Position numbers and translations under genes: made by a program. The notes under the pieces were generated by a model. That model worked only from the letters and a program-made list of their open reading frames with translations. It was not told the DNA's origin and did not search any database. DNA of 64,000 nucleotides from the human T2T-CHM13v2.0 reference genome, Homo sapiens. Where the stretch lies: positions 12,000,001 through 12,064,000 of the forward strand of contig CP086569.2 in NCBI GenBank assembly GCA_009914755.4, read 5' to 3'. Below, piece by piece: positions 29,117 to 44,234 of this stretch (positions are counted from its first letter, which is position 1; each line of letters starts with the position of its first letter).

Positions 29117-31145
29117 ATGGACTTGAATGGAATTGAGTCGAAAGGAATTGACTCGAAAGGAATGGACTGGAACAAAAAGGAATCAAATGGACAGGAATGG
29201 AATGGAATGGACTCGAATGGAATGGAGTCAAATGCAAACGCATCGAATGGAATGGATTCAAATGGAATGCAATTGAATGGAATAGAAAGGAAGAGAATGG
29301 AATTGAGAGTAATGGAAAGATATCGATTGGAATGAAATGGAATGGAAAGGAATTGAATGGAAAGGAATGGACTCGAAAGAAATGGATTGGAATGGAATGG
29401 TCTCCAATGGAATGGACTGGAGTGGAATGCAATCGAATGGAAAGAAAAGAATGGAACGGAATGGAACGGAAAGGAATAGAATGTTATGGAATCCGATTGG
29501 ACAGAATGGAATGGAATGCAGTTTCATGAAATGGAGTCGAATAGAGTGTCATGAAAAGGAATGGAATGGAGTGGACTCAAAAGGAATGGACTCGAAAGGA
29601 ATGGAGTCGAACCAAATTGAATCAAATGGATTGGAGTCGAACAGAATGGAATGGAATGGAATGAACTCGACTGGAGAAGAGAGGAATGAAAAGGAATAGA
29701 ATGGAATGTAATCAAATGGATTGCAAGTGAATGGAATCAAAAATAATAGAAAGGAATGGAGCGTAAAGGGATGATATTGAATTAAATGGAATGGAATGGA
29801 ATTTAATGGAATGGAGTCGAAGGAATGGACAGGAATGTAATGGACTCCTATGGAATGGAATGGATCAAAATGGATTTGAACAGATTGGAATCGAACGGAA
29901 TGGAATGCAATGAAATGGAATGGACTCGATCAGAACGGACTGGAGAGGAATGTACACAAATGGAATGGAAACGAAAGGAATGCAATGAAAAGGAATGGAA
30001 TGCAATGGAATTGAAAGGAACGGAATCAAATGGAATGGAATGGAATGGAATGGATTGGAATAGAATGGATTCAAATAAAATAGAATAGATTGCAATGGTA
30101 TTGAATGGAAGGGTCTTGAATGGAATGGAAAGCAATGGAAGATATTGGATTCGAATGGCATCGAATGAAATGGAATGGAACGGAATGGAACGGACCCGAA
30201 TGGTATGGAAAGGACTCAAATGTAATGGACTCGAATGGAATCGACTGAAATATAATAGACTCGAAAGGAATGTCCTCGAGCGGAATTTATTTGAATAGAA
30301 TTGAATCAAATGGAATACAATAGTATGGAATGGAATCGAATGGAATGGAATCGAATGGAATGTAATCAAATGGAATGGAACGGAATTCAATATAATGGAG
30401 TAGAATGGAATGCATTGGAAAGGAGCAGAGTGGAATCGAGTGGATTGGAATCGAGTGGAATGGAATCAAAGGGAACGAAATCGAATTGAATGGACTTGAA
30501 TGGAATTGAGTCGAAAGGAATTGACTCGAAAGGAATGGACTGGAACAAAAAGGAATCAAATGGACAGGAATGGAATGGAATGGACTCGAATGGAATGGAG
30601 TCAAATGCAAACGCATCGAATGGAATGGATTCAAATGGAATGCAATTGAATGGAATAGAAAGGAAGAGAATGGAATTGAGAGTAATGGAAAGATATCGAT
30701 TGGAATGAAATGGAATGGAAAGGAATTGAATGGAAAGGAATGGACTCGAAAGAAATGGATTGGAATGCAATGGTCTCCAATGGAATGGACTGGAGTGGAA
30801 TGGAATCGAATGGAATGAAAAGAATGGAACGGAATGGAACGGAAAGGAATAGAATGTTATGGAATCCGATTGGACAGAATGGAATGGAATGCAGTTTCAT
30901 GAAATGGAGTGGAATAGAGTGGCATCAAAAGGAATGGAATGGAGTGGACTCAAAAGGAATGGACTCGAAAGGAATGGAGTCGAACCAAATTGAATCAAAT
31001 GGATTGGAGTCGAACAGAATGGAATGGAATGGAATGAACTCGACTGGAGTAGAGAGGAATGAAAAGGAATAGAATGGAATGTAATCAAATGGATTGCAAG
31101 TGAATGGAATCAAAAATAATAGAAAGGAATGGAGTGTAAAGGGAT
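28400..31145 (+). repeat. Two-HOR block, copy 1 of a 2746-bp tandem duplication (approximate bounds)
   Basis: ORFs 28430..29017, 28452..28925, 29825..30088, 29848..30390, 30387..30770 and 30897..31088 recur identically at +2746: 31176..31763, 31198..31671, 32571..32834, 32594..33136, 33133..33516 and 33643..33834. Confidence 0.8.
29117..30489 (+). repeat. HOR copy 22, 1373 bp
   Basis: Anchor-to-anchor. Confidence 0.8.
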
Positions 31146-31862
31146 GATATTGAATTAAATGGAATGGAATGGAATTTAATGGAATGGAGTCGAAGGAATG
31201 GACAGGAATGTAATGGACTCCAATGGAATGGAATGGATCAAAATGGATTTGAACAGATTGGAATGGAACGGAATGGAATGCAATGAAATGGAGTGGACTC
31301 GATCAGAACGGACTGGAGAGGAATGTACACAAATGGAATGGAAACGAAAGGAATGGAATGAAATGGAATGGAATGCAATGGAATTGAAAGGAACGGAATC
31401 AAATGGAATGGAATGGAATGGAATGGATTGGAATAGAATGGATTCAAATAAAATAGAATCGATTGCAATGGTATTGAATGGAAGGGACTTGAATGGAATG
31501 GAAAGCAATGGAAGATATTGGAATCGAATGGCATCGAATGAAATGGAATGGAACGGAATGGAACGGACCCGAATGGAATGGAATGGACTCAAATGTAATG
31601 GACTCGAATGGAATCGACTGAAATATAATAGACTCGAAAGGAATGGCCTCAAGCGGAATTTATTTGAATAGAATGGAATCAAATGGAATACAATAGTATA
31701 GAATGGAATCGAATGGAATGGAATCGAATGGAATGTAATCAAATGGAATGGAACGGAATTCAATATAATGGAGTAGAATGGAATGCATTGGAAAGGAGCA
31801 GAGTGGAATCGAGTGGATTGGAATCGAGTGGAATGGAATCAAAGGGAACGAAATCGAATTGA
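30490..31862 (+). repeat. HOR copy 23, 1373 bp
   Basis: Anchor-to-anchor. Confidence 0.8.
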
Positions 31863-33891
31863 ATGGACTTGAATGGAATTGAGTCGAAAGGAATTGACTC
31901 GAAAGGAATGGACTGGAACAAAAAGGAATCAAATGGACAGGAATGGAATGGAATGGACTCGAATGGAATGGAGTCAAATGCAAACGCATCGAATGGAATG
32001 GATTCAAATGGAATGCAATTGAATGGAATAGAAAGGAAGAGAATGGAATTGAGAGTAATGGAAAGATATCGATTGGAATGAAATGGAATGGAAAGGAATT
32101 GAATGGAAAGGAATGGACTCGAAAGAAATGGATTGGAATGGAATGGTCTCCAATGGAATGGACTGGAGTGGAATGCAATCGAATGGAAAGAAAAGAATGG
32201 AACGGAATGGAACGGAAAGGAATAGAATGTTATGGAATCCGATTGGACAGAATGGAATGGAATGCAGTTTCATGAAATGGAGTCGAATAGAGTGTCATGA
32301 AAAGGAATGGAATGGAGTGGACTCAAAAGGAATGGACTCGAAAGGAATGGAGTCGAACCAAATTGAATCAAATGGATTGGAGTCGAACAGAATGGAATGG
32401 AATGGAATGAACTCGACTGGAGAAGAGAGGAATGAAAAGGAATAGAATGGAATGTAATCAAATGGATTGCAAGTGAATGGAATCAAAAATAATAGAAAGG
32501 AATGGAGCGTAAAGGGATGATATTGAATTAAATGGAATGGAATGGAATTTAATGGAATGGAGTCGAAGGAATGGACAGGAATGTAATGGACTCCTATGGA
32601 ATGGAATGGATCAAAATGGATTTGAACAGATTGGAATCGAACGGAATGGAATGCAATGAAATGGAATGGACTCGATCAGAACGGACTGGAGAGGAATGTA
32701 CACAAATGGAATGGAAACGAAAGGAATGCAATGAAAAGGAATGGAATGCAATGGAATTGAAAGGAACGGAATCAAATGGAATGGAATGGAATGGAATGGA
32801 TTGGAATAGAATGGATTCAAATAAAATAGAATAGATTGCAATGGTATTGAATGGAAGGGTCTTGAATGGAATGGAAAGCAATGGAAGATATTGGATTCGA
32901 ATGGCATCGAATGAAATGGAATGGAACGGAATGGAACGGACCCGAATGGTATGGAAAGGACTCAAATGTAATGGACTCGAATGGAATCGACTGAAATATA
33001 ATAGACTCGAAAGGAATGTCCTCGAGCGGAATTTATTTGAATAGAATTGAATCAAATGGAATACAATAGTATGGAATGGAATCGAATGGAATGGAATCGA
33101 ATGGAATGTAATCAAATGGAATGGAACGGAATTCAATATAATGGAGTAGAATGGAATGCATTGGAAAGGAGCAGAGTGGAATCGAGTGGATTGGAATCGA
33201 GTGGAATGGAATCAAAGGGAACGAAATCGAATTGAATGGACTTGAATGGAATTGAGTCGAAAGGAATTGACTCGAAAGGAATGGACTGGAACAAAAAGGA
33301 ATCAAATGGACAGGAATGGAATGGAATGGACTCGAATGGAATGGAGTCAAATGCAAACGCATCGAATGGAATGGATTCAAATGGAATGCAATTGAATGGA
33401 ATAGAAAGGAAGAGAATGGAATTGAGAGTAATGGAAAGATATCGATTGGAATGAAATGGAATGGAAAGGAATTGAATGGAAAGGAATGGACTCGAAAGAA
33501 ATGGATTGGAATGCAATGGTCTCCAATGGAATGGACTGGAGTGGAATGGAATCGAATGGAATGAAAAGAATGGAACGGAATGGAACGGAAAGGAATAGAA
33601 TGTTATGGAATCCGATTGGACAGAATGGAATGGAATGCAGTTTCATGAAATGGAGTGGAATAGAGTGGCATCAAAAGGGATGGAATGGAGTGGACTCAAA
33701 AGGAATGGACTCGAAAGGAATGGAGTCGAACCAAATTGAATCAAATGGATTGGAGTCGAACAGAATGGAATGGAATGGAATGAACTCGACTGGAGTAGAG
33801 AGGAATGAAAAGGAATAGAATGGAATGTAATCAAATGGATTGCAAGTGAATGGAATCAAAAATAATAGAAAGGAATGGAGTGTAAAGGGAT
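31146..33891 (+). repeat. Two-HOR block, copy 2 of the 2746-bp tandem duplication (approximate bounds)
   Basis: See copy 1. About two single-base differences were seen (ORF 30710 vs 33456, ORF 30925 vs 33671). Confidence 0.8.
31863..33235 (+). repeat. HOR copy 24, 1373 bp
   Basis: Anchor-to-anchor. Equals 29117-30489. Confidence 0.8.
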
Positions 33892-34608
33892 GATATTGAA
33901 TTAAATGGAATGGAATGGAATTTAATGGAATGGAGTCGAAGGAATGGACAGGAATGTAATGGACTCCAATGGAATGGAATGGATCAAAATGGATTTGAAG
34001 AGATTGGAATGGAACGGAATGGAATGCAATGAAATGGAATGGACTCGATCAGAACGGACTGGAGAGGAATGTACACAAATGGAATGGAAACGAAAGGAAT
34101 GGAATGAAATGGAATGGAATGCAATGGAATTGAAAGGAACGGAATCAAATGGAATGGAATGGAATGGAATGGATTGGAATAGAATGGATTCAAATAAAAT
34201 AGAATCGATTGCAATGGTATTGAATGGAAGGGACTTGAATGGAATGGAAAGCAATGGAAGATATTGGAATCGAATGGCATCGAATGAAATGGAATGGAAC
34301 GGAATGGAACGGACCCGAATGGAATGGAATGGACTCAAATGTAATGGACTCGAATGGAATCGACTGAAATATAATAGACTCGAAAGGAATGTCCTCGAGC
34401 GGAATTTATTTGAATAGAATGGAATCAAATGGAATACAATCGTATGGAATGGAATCGAATGGAATGGAATCGAATGGAATGTAATCAAATGGAATGGAAC
34501 GGAATTCAATATAATGGAGTAGAATGGAATGCATTGGAAAGGAGCAGAGTGGAATCGAGTGGATTGGAATCGAGTGGAATGGAATCAAAGGGAATGAAAT
34601 CGAATTGA
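33236..34608 (+). repeat. HOR copy 25, 1373 bp
   Basis: Anchor-to-anchor. Equals 30490-31862. Confidence 0.8.
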
Positions 34609-35981
34609 AGGGACTTGAATGGAATTGAGTCGAAAGGAATTGACTCAAAAGGAATGGACTGGAACAAAAAGGAATCAAATGGACAGGAATGGAATGGAAG
34701 GGACTCGAATGGAATGGAGTCAAATGCAAACGCATCGAATGGAATGGATTCAAATGGAATGCAATTGAATGGAATAGAAAGGAAGAGAATGGAATTGAGA
34801 GTAATGGAAAGATATCGATTGGAATGAAATGGAATGGAAAGGAATTGAATGGAAAGGAATGGACTCGAAAGAAATGGATTGGAATGGAATGGTCTCCAAT
34901 GGAATGGACTGGAGTGGAATGGAATCGAATGGAAAGAAAAGAATGGAACGGAATGGAACGGAAAGGAATAGAATGTTATGGAATCCGATTGGACAGAATG
35001 GAATGGAATGCAGTTTCATGAAATGAAGTCGAATAGAGTGGCATCAAAAGGAATGGAATGGAGTGGACTCAAAAGGAATGGACTCGAAAGGAATGGAGTC
35101 GAACCAAATTGAATCAAATGGATTGGAGTCGAACAGAATGGAATGGAATGGAATGAACTCGACTGGAGTAGAGAGGAATGAAAAGGAATAGAATGGAATG
35201 TAATCAAATGGATTGCAAGTGAATGGAATCAAAAATAATAGAAAGGAATGGAGTGTAAAGGGATGATATTGAATTAAATGGAATGGAATGGAATTTAATG
35301 GAATGGAGTCGAAGGAATGGACAGGAATGTAATGGACTCCAATGGAATGGAATGGATCAAAATGGATTTGAACAGATTGGAATGGAACGGAATGGAATGC
35401 AATGAAATGGAATGGACTCGATCAGAACGGACTGGAGAGGAATGTACACAAATGGAATGGAAACGAAAGGAATGGAATGAAATGGAATGGAATGCAATGG
35501 AATTGAAAGGAACGGAATCAAATGGAATGGAATGGAATGGAATGGATTGGAATAGAATGGATTCAAATAAAACAGAATCGATTGCAATGGTATTGAATGG
35601 AAGGGACTTGAATGGAATGGAAAGCAATGGAAGAGATTGGAATCGAATGGCATCGAATGAAATGGAATGGAACGGAATGGAACGGACCCGAATGGAATGG
35701 AATGGACTCAAATGTAATGGACTCGAATGGAATCGACTGAAATATAATAGACTCGAAAGGAATGGCCTCAAGCGGAATTTATTTGAATAGAATGGAATCA
35801 AATGGAATACAATAGTATAGAATGGAATCGAATGGAATGGAATCGAATGGAATGTAATCAAATGGAATGGAACGGAATTCAATATAATGGAGTAGAATGG
35901 AATGCATTGGAAAGGAGCAGAGTGGAATCGAGTGGATTGGAATCGAGTGGAATGGAATCAAAGGGAACGAAATCGAATTGA
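34609..35981 (+). repeat. HOR copy 26, 1373 bp
   Basis: Anchor mutated (AGGGACTTG) at 34609. Length measured to the next anchor. Confidence 0.75.
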
Positions 35982-37359
35982 ATGGACTTGAATGGAATTG
36001 AGTCGAAAGGAATTGACTCGAAAGGAATGGACTGGAACAAAAAGGAATCAAATGGACAGGAATGGAATGGAATGGACTCGAATGGAATGGAGTCAAATGC
36101 AAACGCATCGAATGGAATGGATTCAAATGGAATGCAATTGAATGGAATAGAAAGGAAGAGAATGGAATTGAGAGTAATGGAAAGATATCGATTGGAATGA
36201 AATGGAATGGAAAGGAATTGAATGGAAAGGAATGGACTCGAAAGAAATGGATTGGAATGGAATGGTCTCCAATGGAATGGACTGGAGTGGAATGCAATCG
36301 AATGGAAAGAAAAGAATGGAACGGAATGGAACGGAAAGGAATAGAATGTTATGGAATCCGATTGGACAGAATGGAATGGAATGCAGTTTCATGAAATGGA
36401 GTCGAATAGAGTGTCATGAAAAGGAATGGAATGGAGTGGACTCAAAAGGAATGGACTCGAAAGGAATGGAGTCGAACCAAATTGAATCAAATAGATTGGA
36501 GTCGAACAGAATGGAATGGAATGGAATGAACTCGACTGGAGTAGAGAGGAATGAAAAGGAATAGAATGGAATGTAATCAAATGGATTGCAAGTGAATGGA
36601 ATCAAAAATAATAGAAAGGAATGGAGTGTAAAGGGATGATATTGAATTAAATGGAATGGAATGGAATTTAATGGAATGGAGTAGAAGGAATGGACAGGAA
36701 TGTAATGGACTCCAATGGAACGGAATGGATCAAAATGTATTTGAACAGATTGGAATCGAACGGAATGGAATGCAATGAAATGGAATGGACTCGATCAGAA
36801 CGGACTGGAGAGGAATGTACACAAATGGAATGGAAACGAAAGGAATGGAATGAAATGGAATGGAATGCAATGGAATTGAAAGGAACGGAATCAAATGGAA
36901 TCGAATGGAATGGAATGGAATGGATTGGAATAGAATGGATTCAAATAAAATAGAATCGATTGCAATGGTATTGAATGGAAGGGACTTGAATGGAATGGAA
37001 AGCAATGGAAGATATTGGAATCGAATGGCATCGAATGAAATGGAATGGAACGGAATGGAACGGACCCGAATGGAATGGAATGGACTCAAATATAATGGAC
37101 TCTAATGGAATCGACTGAAGTATAATAGACTCGAAAGGAATGTCCTGAAGCGGAATTTATTTGAATAGAATGGAATCAAATGGAATACAATCGTATGGAA
37201 TGGAATCGAATGGAATGGAATCGAATGGAATGTAATCAAATGGAATGGAACGGAATTCAATATAATGGAGTAGAATGGAATGCATTGGAAAGGAGCAGAG
37301 TGGAATCGAGTGGATTGGAATCGAGTGGAATGGAATCAAAGGGAACGAAATCGAATTGA
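35982..37359 (+). repeat. HOR copy 27, 1378 bp
   Basis: Anchor-to-anchor. XhoI site mutated to CCTGAAGCGG near 37145. Confidence 0.8.
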
Positions 37360-38732
37360 ATGGATTTGAATGGAATTGAGTCGAAAGGAATTGACTCGAA
37401 AGGAATGGACTGGAACAAAAAGGAATCAAATGGACAGGAATGGAATGGAAGGGACTCGAATGGAATGGAGTGAAATGCAAACGCATCGAATGGAATGGAT
37501 TCAAATGGAATGCAATTGAATGGAATAGAAAGGAAGAGAATGGAATTGAGAGTAATGGAAAGATATCGATTGGAATGAAAGGGAATGGAAAGGAATTGAA
37601 TGGAAAGGAATGGACTCGAAAGAAATGGATTGGAATGGAATGGTCTCCAATGGAATGGACTGGAGTGGAATGGAATCGAATGGAAAGAAAAGAATGGAAC
37701 GGAATGGAACGGAAAGGAATAGAATGTTATGGAATCCGATTGGACAGAATGCAATGGAATGCAGTTTCATGAAATGGAGTCGAATAGAGTGGCATCAAAA
37801 GGAATGGAATGGAGTGGACTCAAAAGGAATGGACTCGAAAGGAATGGAGTCGAACCAAATTGAATCAAATGGATTGGAGTCGAACAGAATGGAATGGAAT
37901 GGAATGAACTCGACTGGAGTAGAGAGGAATGAAAAGGAATAGAATGGAATGTAATCAAATGGATTGCAAGTGAATGGAATCAAAAATAATAGAAAGGAAT
38001 GGAGTGTAAAGGGATGATATTGAATTAAATGGAATGTAATGGAATTTAATGGAATGGAGTCGAAGGAATGGACAGGAATGTAATGGACTCCAATGGAATG
38101 GAATGGATCAAAATGGATTTGAACAGATTGGAATCGAACGGAATGGAATGCAATGAAATGGAATGGACTCGATCAGAACGGACTGGAGAGGAATGTACAC
38201 AAATGGAATGGAAACGAAAGGAATGGAATGAAATGGAATGGAATGCAATGGAATTGAAAGGAACGGAATCAAATGGAATGGAATGGAATGGAATGGATTG
38301 GAATAGAATGGATTCAAATAAAGTAGAATCGATTGCAATGGTATTGAATGGAAGGGACTTGAATGGAATGGAAAGCAATGGAAGATATTGGAATCGAATG
38401 GCATCGAATGAAATGGAATGGAACGGAATGGAACGGACCCGAATGGAATGGAATGGACTCAAATGTAATGGACTCGAATGGAATCGACTGAAATATAATA
38501 GACTCGAAAGGAATGTCCTCGAGCGGAATTTATTTGAATAGAATGGAATCAAATGGAATACAATCGTATGGAATGGTATCGAATGGAATGGAATCGAATG
38601 GAATGTAATCAAATGGAATGGAACGGAATTCAATATAATGGAGTAGAATGGAAAGCATTGGAAAGGAGCAGAGTGGAATCGAGTGGATTGGAATCGAGTG
38701 GAATGGAATCAAAGGGAACGAAATCGAATTGA
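37360..38732 (+). repeat. HOR copy 28, 1373 bp (type-B haplotype)
   Basis: Anchor variant ATGGATTTG at 37360. Linked diagnostic variants gaatgaaaGGgaatgg (37570) and cagaatgCaatggaatgcag (37741). Confidence 0.75.
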
Positions 38733-40110
38733 ATGGACTTGAATGGAATTGAGTCGAAAGGAATTGACTCGAAAGGAATGGACTGGAACAAAAAGGAATC
38801 AAATGGACAGGAATGGAATGGAATGGACTCGAATGGAATGGAGTCAAATGCAAACGCATCGAATGGAATGGATTCAAATGGAATGCAATTGAATGGAATA
38901 GAAAGGAAGAGAATGGAATTGAGAGTAATGGAAAGATATCGATTGGAATGAAATGGAATGGAAAGGAATTGAATGGAAAGGAATGGACTCGAAAGAAATG
39001 GATTGGAATGGAATGGTCTCCAATGGAATGGACTGGAGTGGAATGCAATCGAATGGAAAGAAAAGAACGGAACGGAATGGAACGGAAAGGAATAGAATGT
39101 TATGGAATCCGATTGAACAGAATGGAATGGAATGCAGTTTCATGAAATGGAGTCGAATAGAGTGGCATGAAAAGGAATGGAATGGAGTGGACTCAAAAGG
39201 AATAGACTCGAAAGGAATGGAGTCGAACCAAATTGAATCAAATAGATTGGAGTCGAACAGAATGGAATGGAATGGAATGAACTCGACTGGAGTAGAGAGG
39301 AATGAAAAGGAATAGAATGGAATGTAATCAAATGGATTGCAAGTGAATGGAATCAAAAATAATAGAAAGGAATGGAGTGTAAAGGGATGATATTGAATTA
39401 AATGGAATGGAATGGAATTTAATGGAATGGAGTAGAAGGAATGGACAGGAATGTAATGGACTCCAATGGAACGGAATGGATCAAAATGTATTTGAACAGA
39501 TTGGAATCGAACGGAATGGAATGCAATGAAATGGAATGGACTCGATCAGAACGGACTGGAGAGGAATGTACACAAATGGAATGGAAACGAAAGGAATGGA
39601 ATGAAATGGAATGGAATGCAATGGAATTGAAAGGAACGGAATCAAATGGAATGGAATGGAATGGAATGGAATGGATTGGAATAGAATGGATTCAAATAAA
39701 ATAGAATCGATTGCAATGGTATTGAATGGAAGGGACTTGAATGGAATGGAAAGCAATGGAAGATATAGGAATCGAATGGCATCGAATGAAATGGAATGGA
39801 AAGGAATGGAACGGACCCGAATGGAATGGAATGGACTCAAATATAATGGACTCTAATGGAATCGACTGAAGTATAATAGACTCGAAAGGAATGTCCTGAA
39901 GCGGAATTTATTTGAATAGAATGGAATCAAATGGAATACAATCGTATGGAATGGAATCGAATGGAATGGAATCGAATGGAATGTAATCAAATGGAATGGA
40001 ACGGAATTCAATATAATGGAGTAGAATGGAATGCATTGGAAAGGAGCAGAGTGGAATCGAGTGGATTGGAATCGAGTGGAATGGAATCAAAGGGAACGAA
40101 ATCGAATTGA
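38733..40110 (+). repeat. HOR copy 29, 1378 bp
   Basis: Anchor-to-anchor. Confidence 0.8.
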
Positions 40111-41488
40111 ATGGATTTGAATGGAATTGAGTCGAAAGGAATTGACTCGAAAGGAATGGACTGGAACAAAAAGGAATCAAATGGACAGGAATGGAATGGA
40201 ATGGACTCGAATGGAATGGAGTCAAATGCAAACGCATCGAATGGAATGGATTCAAATGGAATGCAATTGAATGGAATAGAAAGGAAGAGAATGGAATTGA
40301 GAGTAATGGAAAGATATCGATTGGAATGAAAGGGAATGGAAAGGAATTGAATGGAAAGGAATGGACTCGAAAGAAATGGATTGGAATGGAATGGTCTCCA
40401 ATGGAATGGACTGGAGTGGAATGGAATCGAATGGAAAGAAAAGAATGGAACGGAATGGAACGGAAAGGAATAGAATGTTATGGAATCCGATTGGACAGAA
40501 TGCAATGGAATGCAGTTTCATGAAATGGAGTCGAATAGAGTGGCATCAAAAGGAATGGAATGGAGTGGACTCAAAAGGAATGGACTCGAAAGGAATGGAG
40601 TCGAACCAAATTGAATCAAATGGATTGGAGTCGAACAGAATGGAATGGAATGCAATGAACTCGACTGGAGTAGAGAGGAATGAAAAGGAATAGAATGGAA
40701 TGTAATCAAATGGATTGCAAGTGAATGGAATCAAAAATAATAGAAAGGAATGGAGTGTAAAGGGATGATATTGAATTAAATGGAATGGAATGGAATTTAA
40801 TGGAATGGAGTAGAAGGAATGGACAGGAATGTAATGGACTCCAATGGAACGGAATGGATCAAAATGTATTTGAACAGATTGGAATCGAACGGAATGGAAT
40901 GCAATGAAATGGAATGGACTCGATCAGAACGGACTGGAGAGGAATGTACACAAATGGAATGGAAACGAAAGGAATGGAATGAAATGGAATGGAATGCAAT
41001 GGAATTGAAAGGAACGGAATCAAATGGAATGGAATGGAATGGAATGGAATGGATTGGAATAGAATGGATTCAAATAAAATAGAATCGATTGCAATGGTAT
41101 TGAATGGAAGGGACTTGAATGGAATGGAAAGCAATGGAAGATATTGGAATCGAATGGCATCGAATGAAATGGAATGGAACGGAATGGAACGGACCCGAAT
41201 GGAATGGAATGGACTCAAATATAATGGACTCTAATGGAATCGACTGAAGTATAATAGACTCGAAAGGAATGTCCTGAAGCGGAATTTATTTGAATAGAAT
41301 GGAATCAAATGGAATACAATCGTATGGAATGGAATCGAATGGAATGGAATCGAATGGAATGTAATCAAATGGAATGGAACGGAATTCAATATAATGGAGT
41401 AGAATGGAATGCATTGGAAAGGAGCAGAGTGGAATCGAGTGGATTGGAATCGAGTGGAATGGAATCAAAGGGAACGAAATCGAATTGA
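40111..41488 (+). repeat. HOR copy 30, 1378 bp (type-B haplotype)
   Basis: Anchor-to-anchor. Type-B diagnostic variants at 40325 and 40500. Confidence 0.8.
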
Positions 41489-42861
41489 ATGGATTTGAAT
41501 GGAATTGAGTCGAAAGGAATTGACTCGAAAGGAATGGACTGGAACAAAAAGGAATCAAATGGACAGGAATGGAATGGAAGGGACTCGAATGGAATGGAGT
41601 CAAATGCAAATGCATCGAATGGAATGGATTCAAATGGAATGCAATTGAATGGAATAGAAAGGAAGAGAATGGAATTGAGAGTAATGGAAAGATATCGATT
41701 GGAATGAAAGGGAATGGAAAGGAATTGAATGGAAAGGAATGGACTTGAAAGAAATGGATTGGAATGGAATGGTCTCCAATGGAATGGACTGGAGTGGAAT
41801 GGAATCGAATGGAAAGAAAAGAATGGAACGGAATGGAACGGAAAGGAATAGAATGTTATGGAATCCGATTGGACAGAATGCAATGGAATGCAGTTTCATG
41901 AAATGGAGTCGAATAGAGTGGCATCAAAAGGAATGGAATGGAGTGGACTCAAAAGGAATGGACTCGAAAGGAATGGAGCCGAACCAAATTGAATCAAATG
42001 GATTGGAGTCGAACAGAATGGAATGGAATGGAATGAACTCGACTGGAGTAGAGAGGAATGAAAAGGAATAGAATGGAATGTAATCAAATGGATTGCAAGT
42101 GAATGGAATCAAAAATAATAGAAAGGAATGGAGTGTAAAGGGATGATATTGAATTAAATGGAATGGAATGGAATTTAATGGAATGGAGTCGAAGGAATGG
42201 ACAGGAATGTAATGGACTCCAATGGAATGGAATGGATCAAAATGGATTTGAACAGATTGGAATCGAACGGAATGGAATGCAATGAAATGGAATGGACTCG
42301 ATCAGAACGGACTGGAGAGGAATGTACACAAATGGAATGGAAACGAAAGGAATGGAATGAAATGGAATGGAATGCAATGGAATTGAAAGGAACGGAATCA
42401 AATGGAATGGAATGGAATGGAATGGATTGGAATAGAATGGATTCAAATAAAATAGAATCGATTGCAATGGTATTGAATGGAAGGGACTTGAATGGAATGG
42501 AAAGCAATGGAAGATATTGGAATCGAATGGCATCGAATGAAATGGAATGGAACGGAATGGAACGGACCCGAATGGAATGGAATGGACTCAAATGTAATGG
42601 ACTCGAATGGAATCGACTGAAATATAATAGACTCGAAAGGAATGGCCTCGAGCGGAATTTATTTGAATAGAATGGAATAAAATGGAGTACAATCGTATGG
42701 AATGGAATCGATTGGAATGGAATCGAATGGAATGTAATCAAATGGAATGGAACGGAATTCAATATAATGGAGTAGAATGGAATGCATTGGAAAGGAGCAG
42801 AGTGGAATCGAGTGGATTGGAATCGAGTGGAATGGAATCAAAGGGAACGAAATCGAATTGA
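41489..42861 (+). repeat. HOR copy 31, 1373 bp (type-B haplotype)
   Basis: Anchor-to-anchor. Type-B diagnostic variants at 41705 and 41879. Confidence 0.8.
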
Positions 42862-44234
42862 ATGGACTTGAATGGAATTGAGTCGAAAGGAATTGACTCG
42901 AAAGGAATGGACTGGAACAATAAGGAATCAAATGGACAGGAATGGAATGGAATGGACTCGAATGGAATGGAGTCAAATGCAAACGCATCGAATGGAATGG
43001 ATTCAAATGGAATGCAATTGAATGGAATAGAAAGGAAGAGAATGGAATTGAGAGTAATGGAAAGATATCGATTGGAATGAAATGGAATGGAAAGGAATTG
43101 AATGGAAAGGAATGGACTCGAAAGAAATGGATTGGAATGGAATGGTCTCCAATGGAATGGACTGGAGTGGAATGCAATCGAATGGAAAGAAAAGAATGGA
43201 ACGGAATGGAACGGAAAGGAATAGAATGTTATGGAATCCGATTGAACAGAATGGAATGGAATGCAGTTTCATGAAATGGAGTCGAATATAGTGGCATCAA
43301 AAGGAATGGAATGGAATGGACTCAAAAGGAATGGACTCGAAAGGAATGGAGTCGAACCAAATTGAATCAAATGGATTGGAGTCGAACAGAATGGAATGGA
43401 ATGGAATGAACTCGACTGGAGTAGAGAGGAATGAAAAGGAATAGAATGGAATGTAATCAAATGGATTGCAAGTGAATGGAATCAAAAATAATAGAAAGGA
43501 ATGGAGTGTAAAGGGATGATATTGAATTAAATGGAATGGAATGGAATTTAATGGAATGGAGTCGAAGGAATGGACAGGAATGTAATGGACTCCAATGGAA
43601 TGGAACGGATCAAAATGGATTTGAACAGATTGGAATCGAACGGAATGGAATGCAATGAAATGGAATGGACTCGATCAGAACGGACTGGAGAGGAATGTAC
43701 ACAAATGGAATGGAAACGAAAGGAATGGAATGAAATGGAATGGAATGCAATGGAATTGAAAGGAACGGAATCAAATGGAATGGAATGGAATGGAATGGAT
43801 TGGAATAGAATGGATTCAAATAAAATAGAATCGATTGCAATGGTATTGAATGGAAGGGACTTGAATGGAATGGAAAGCAATGGAAGATATTGGAATCGAA
43901 TGGCATCAAATGAAATGGAATGGAACGGAATGGAACGGACCCGAATGGAATGGAATGGACTCAAATGTAATGGACTCGAATGGAATCGACTGAAATATAA
44001 TAGACTCGAAAGGAATGGCCTCGAGCGGAATTTATTTGAATAGAATGGAATCAAATGGAATACAATAGTATAGAATGGAATCGAATGGAATGGAATCGAA
44101 TGGAATGTAATCAAATGGAATGGAACGGAATTCAATATAATGGAGTAGAATGGAATGCATTGGAAAGGAGCAGAGTGGAATCCAGTGGATTGGAATCGAG
44201 TGGAATGGAATCAAAGGGAACGAAATCGAATTGA
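42862..44234 (+). repeat. HOR copy 32, 1373 bp
   Basis: Anchor-to-anchor. Confidence 0.8.
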
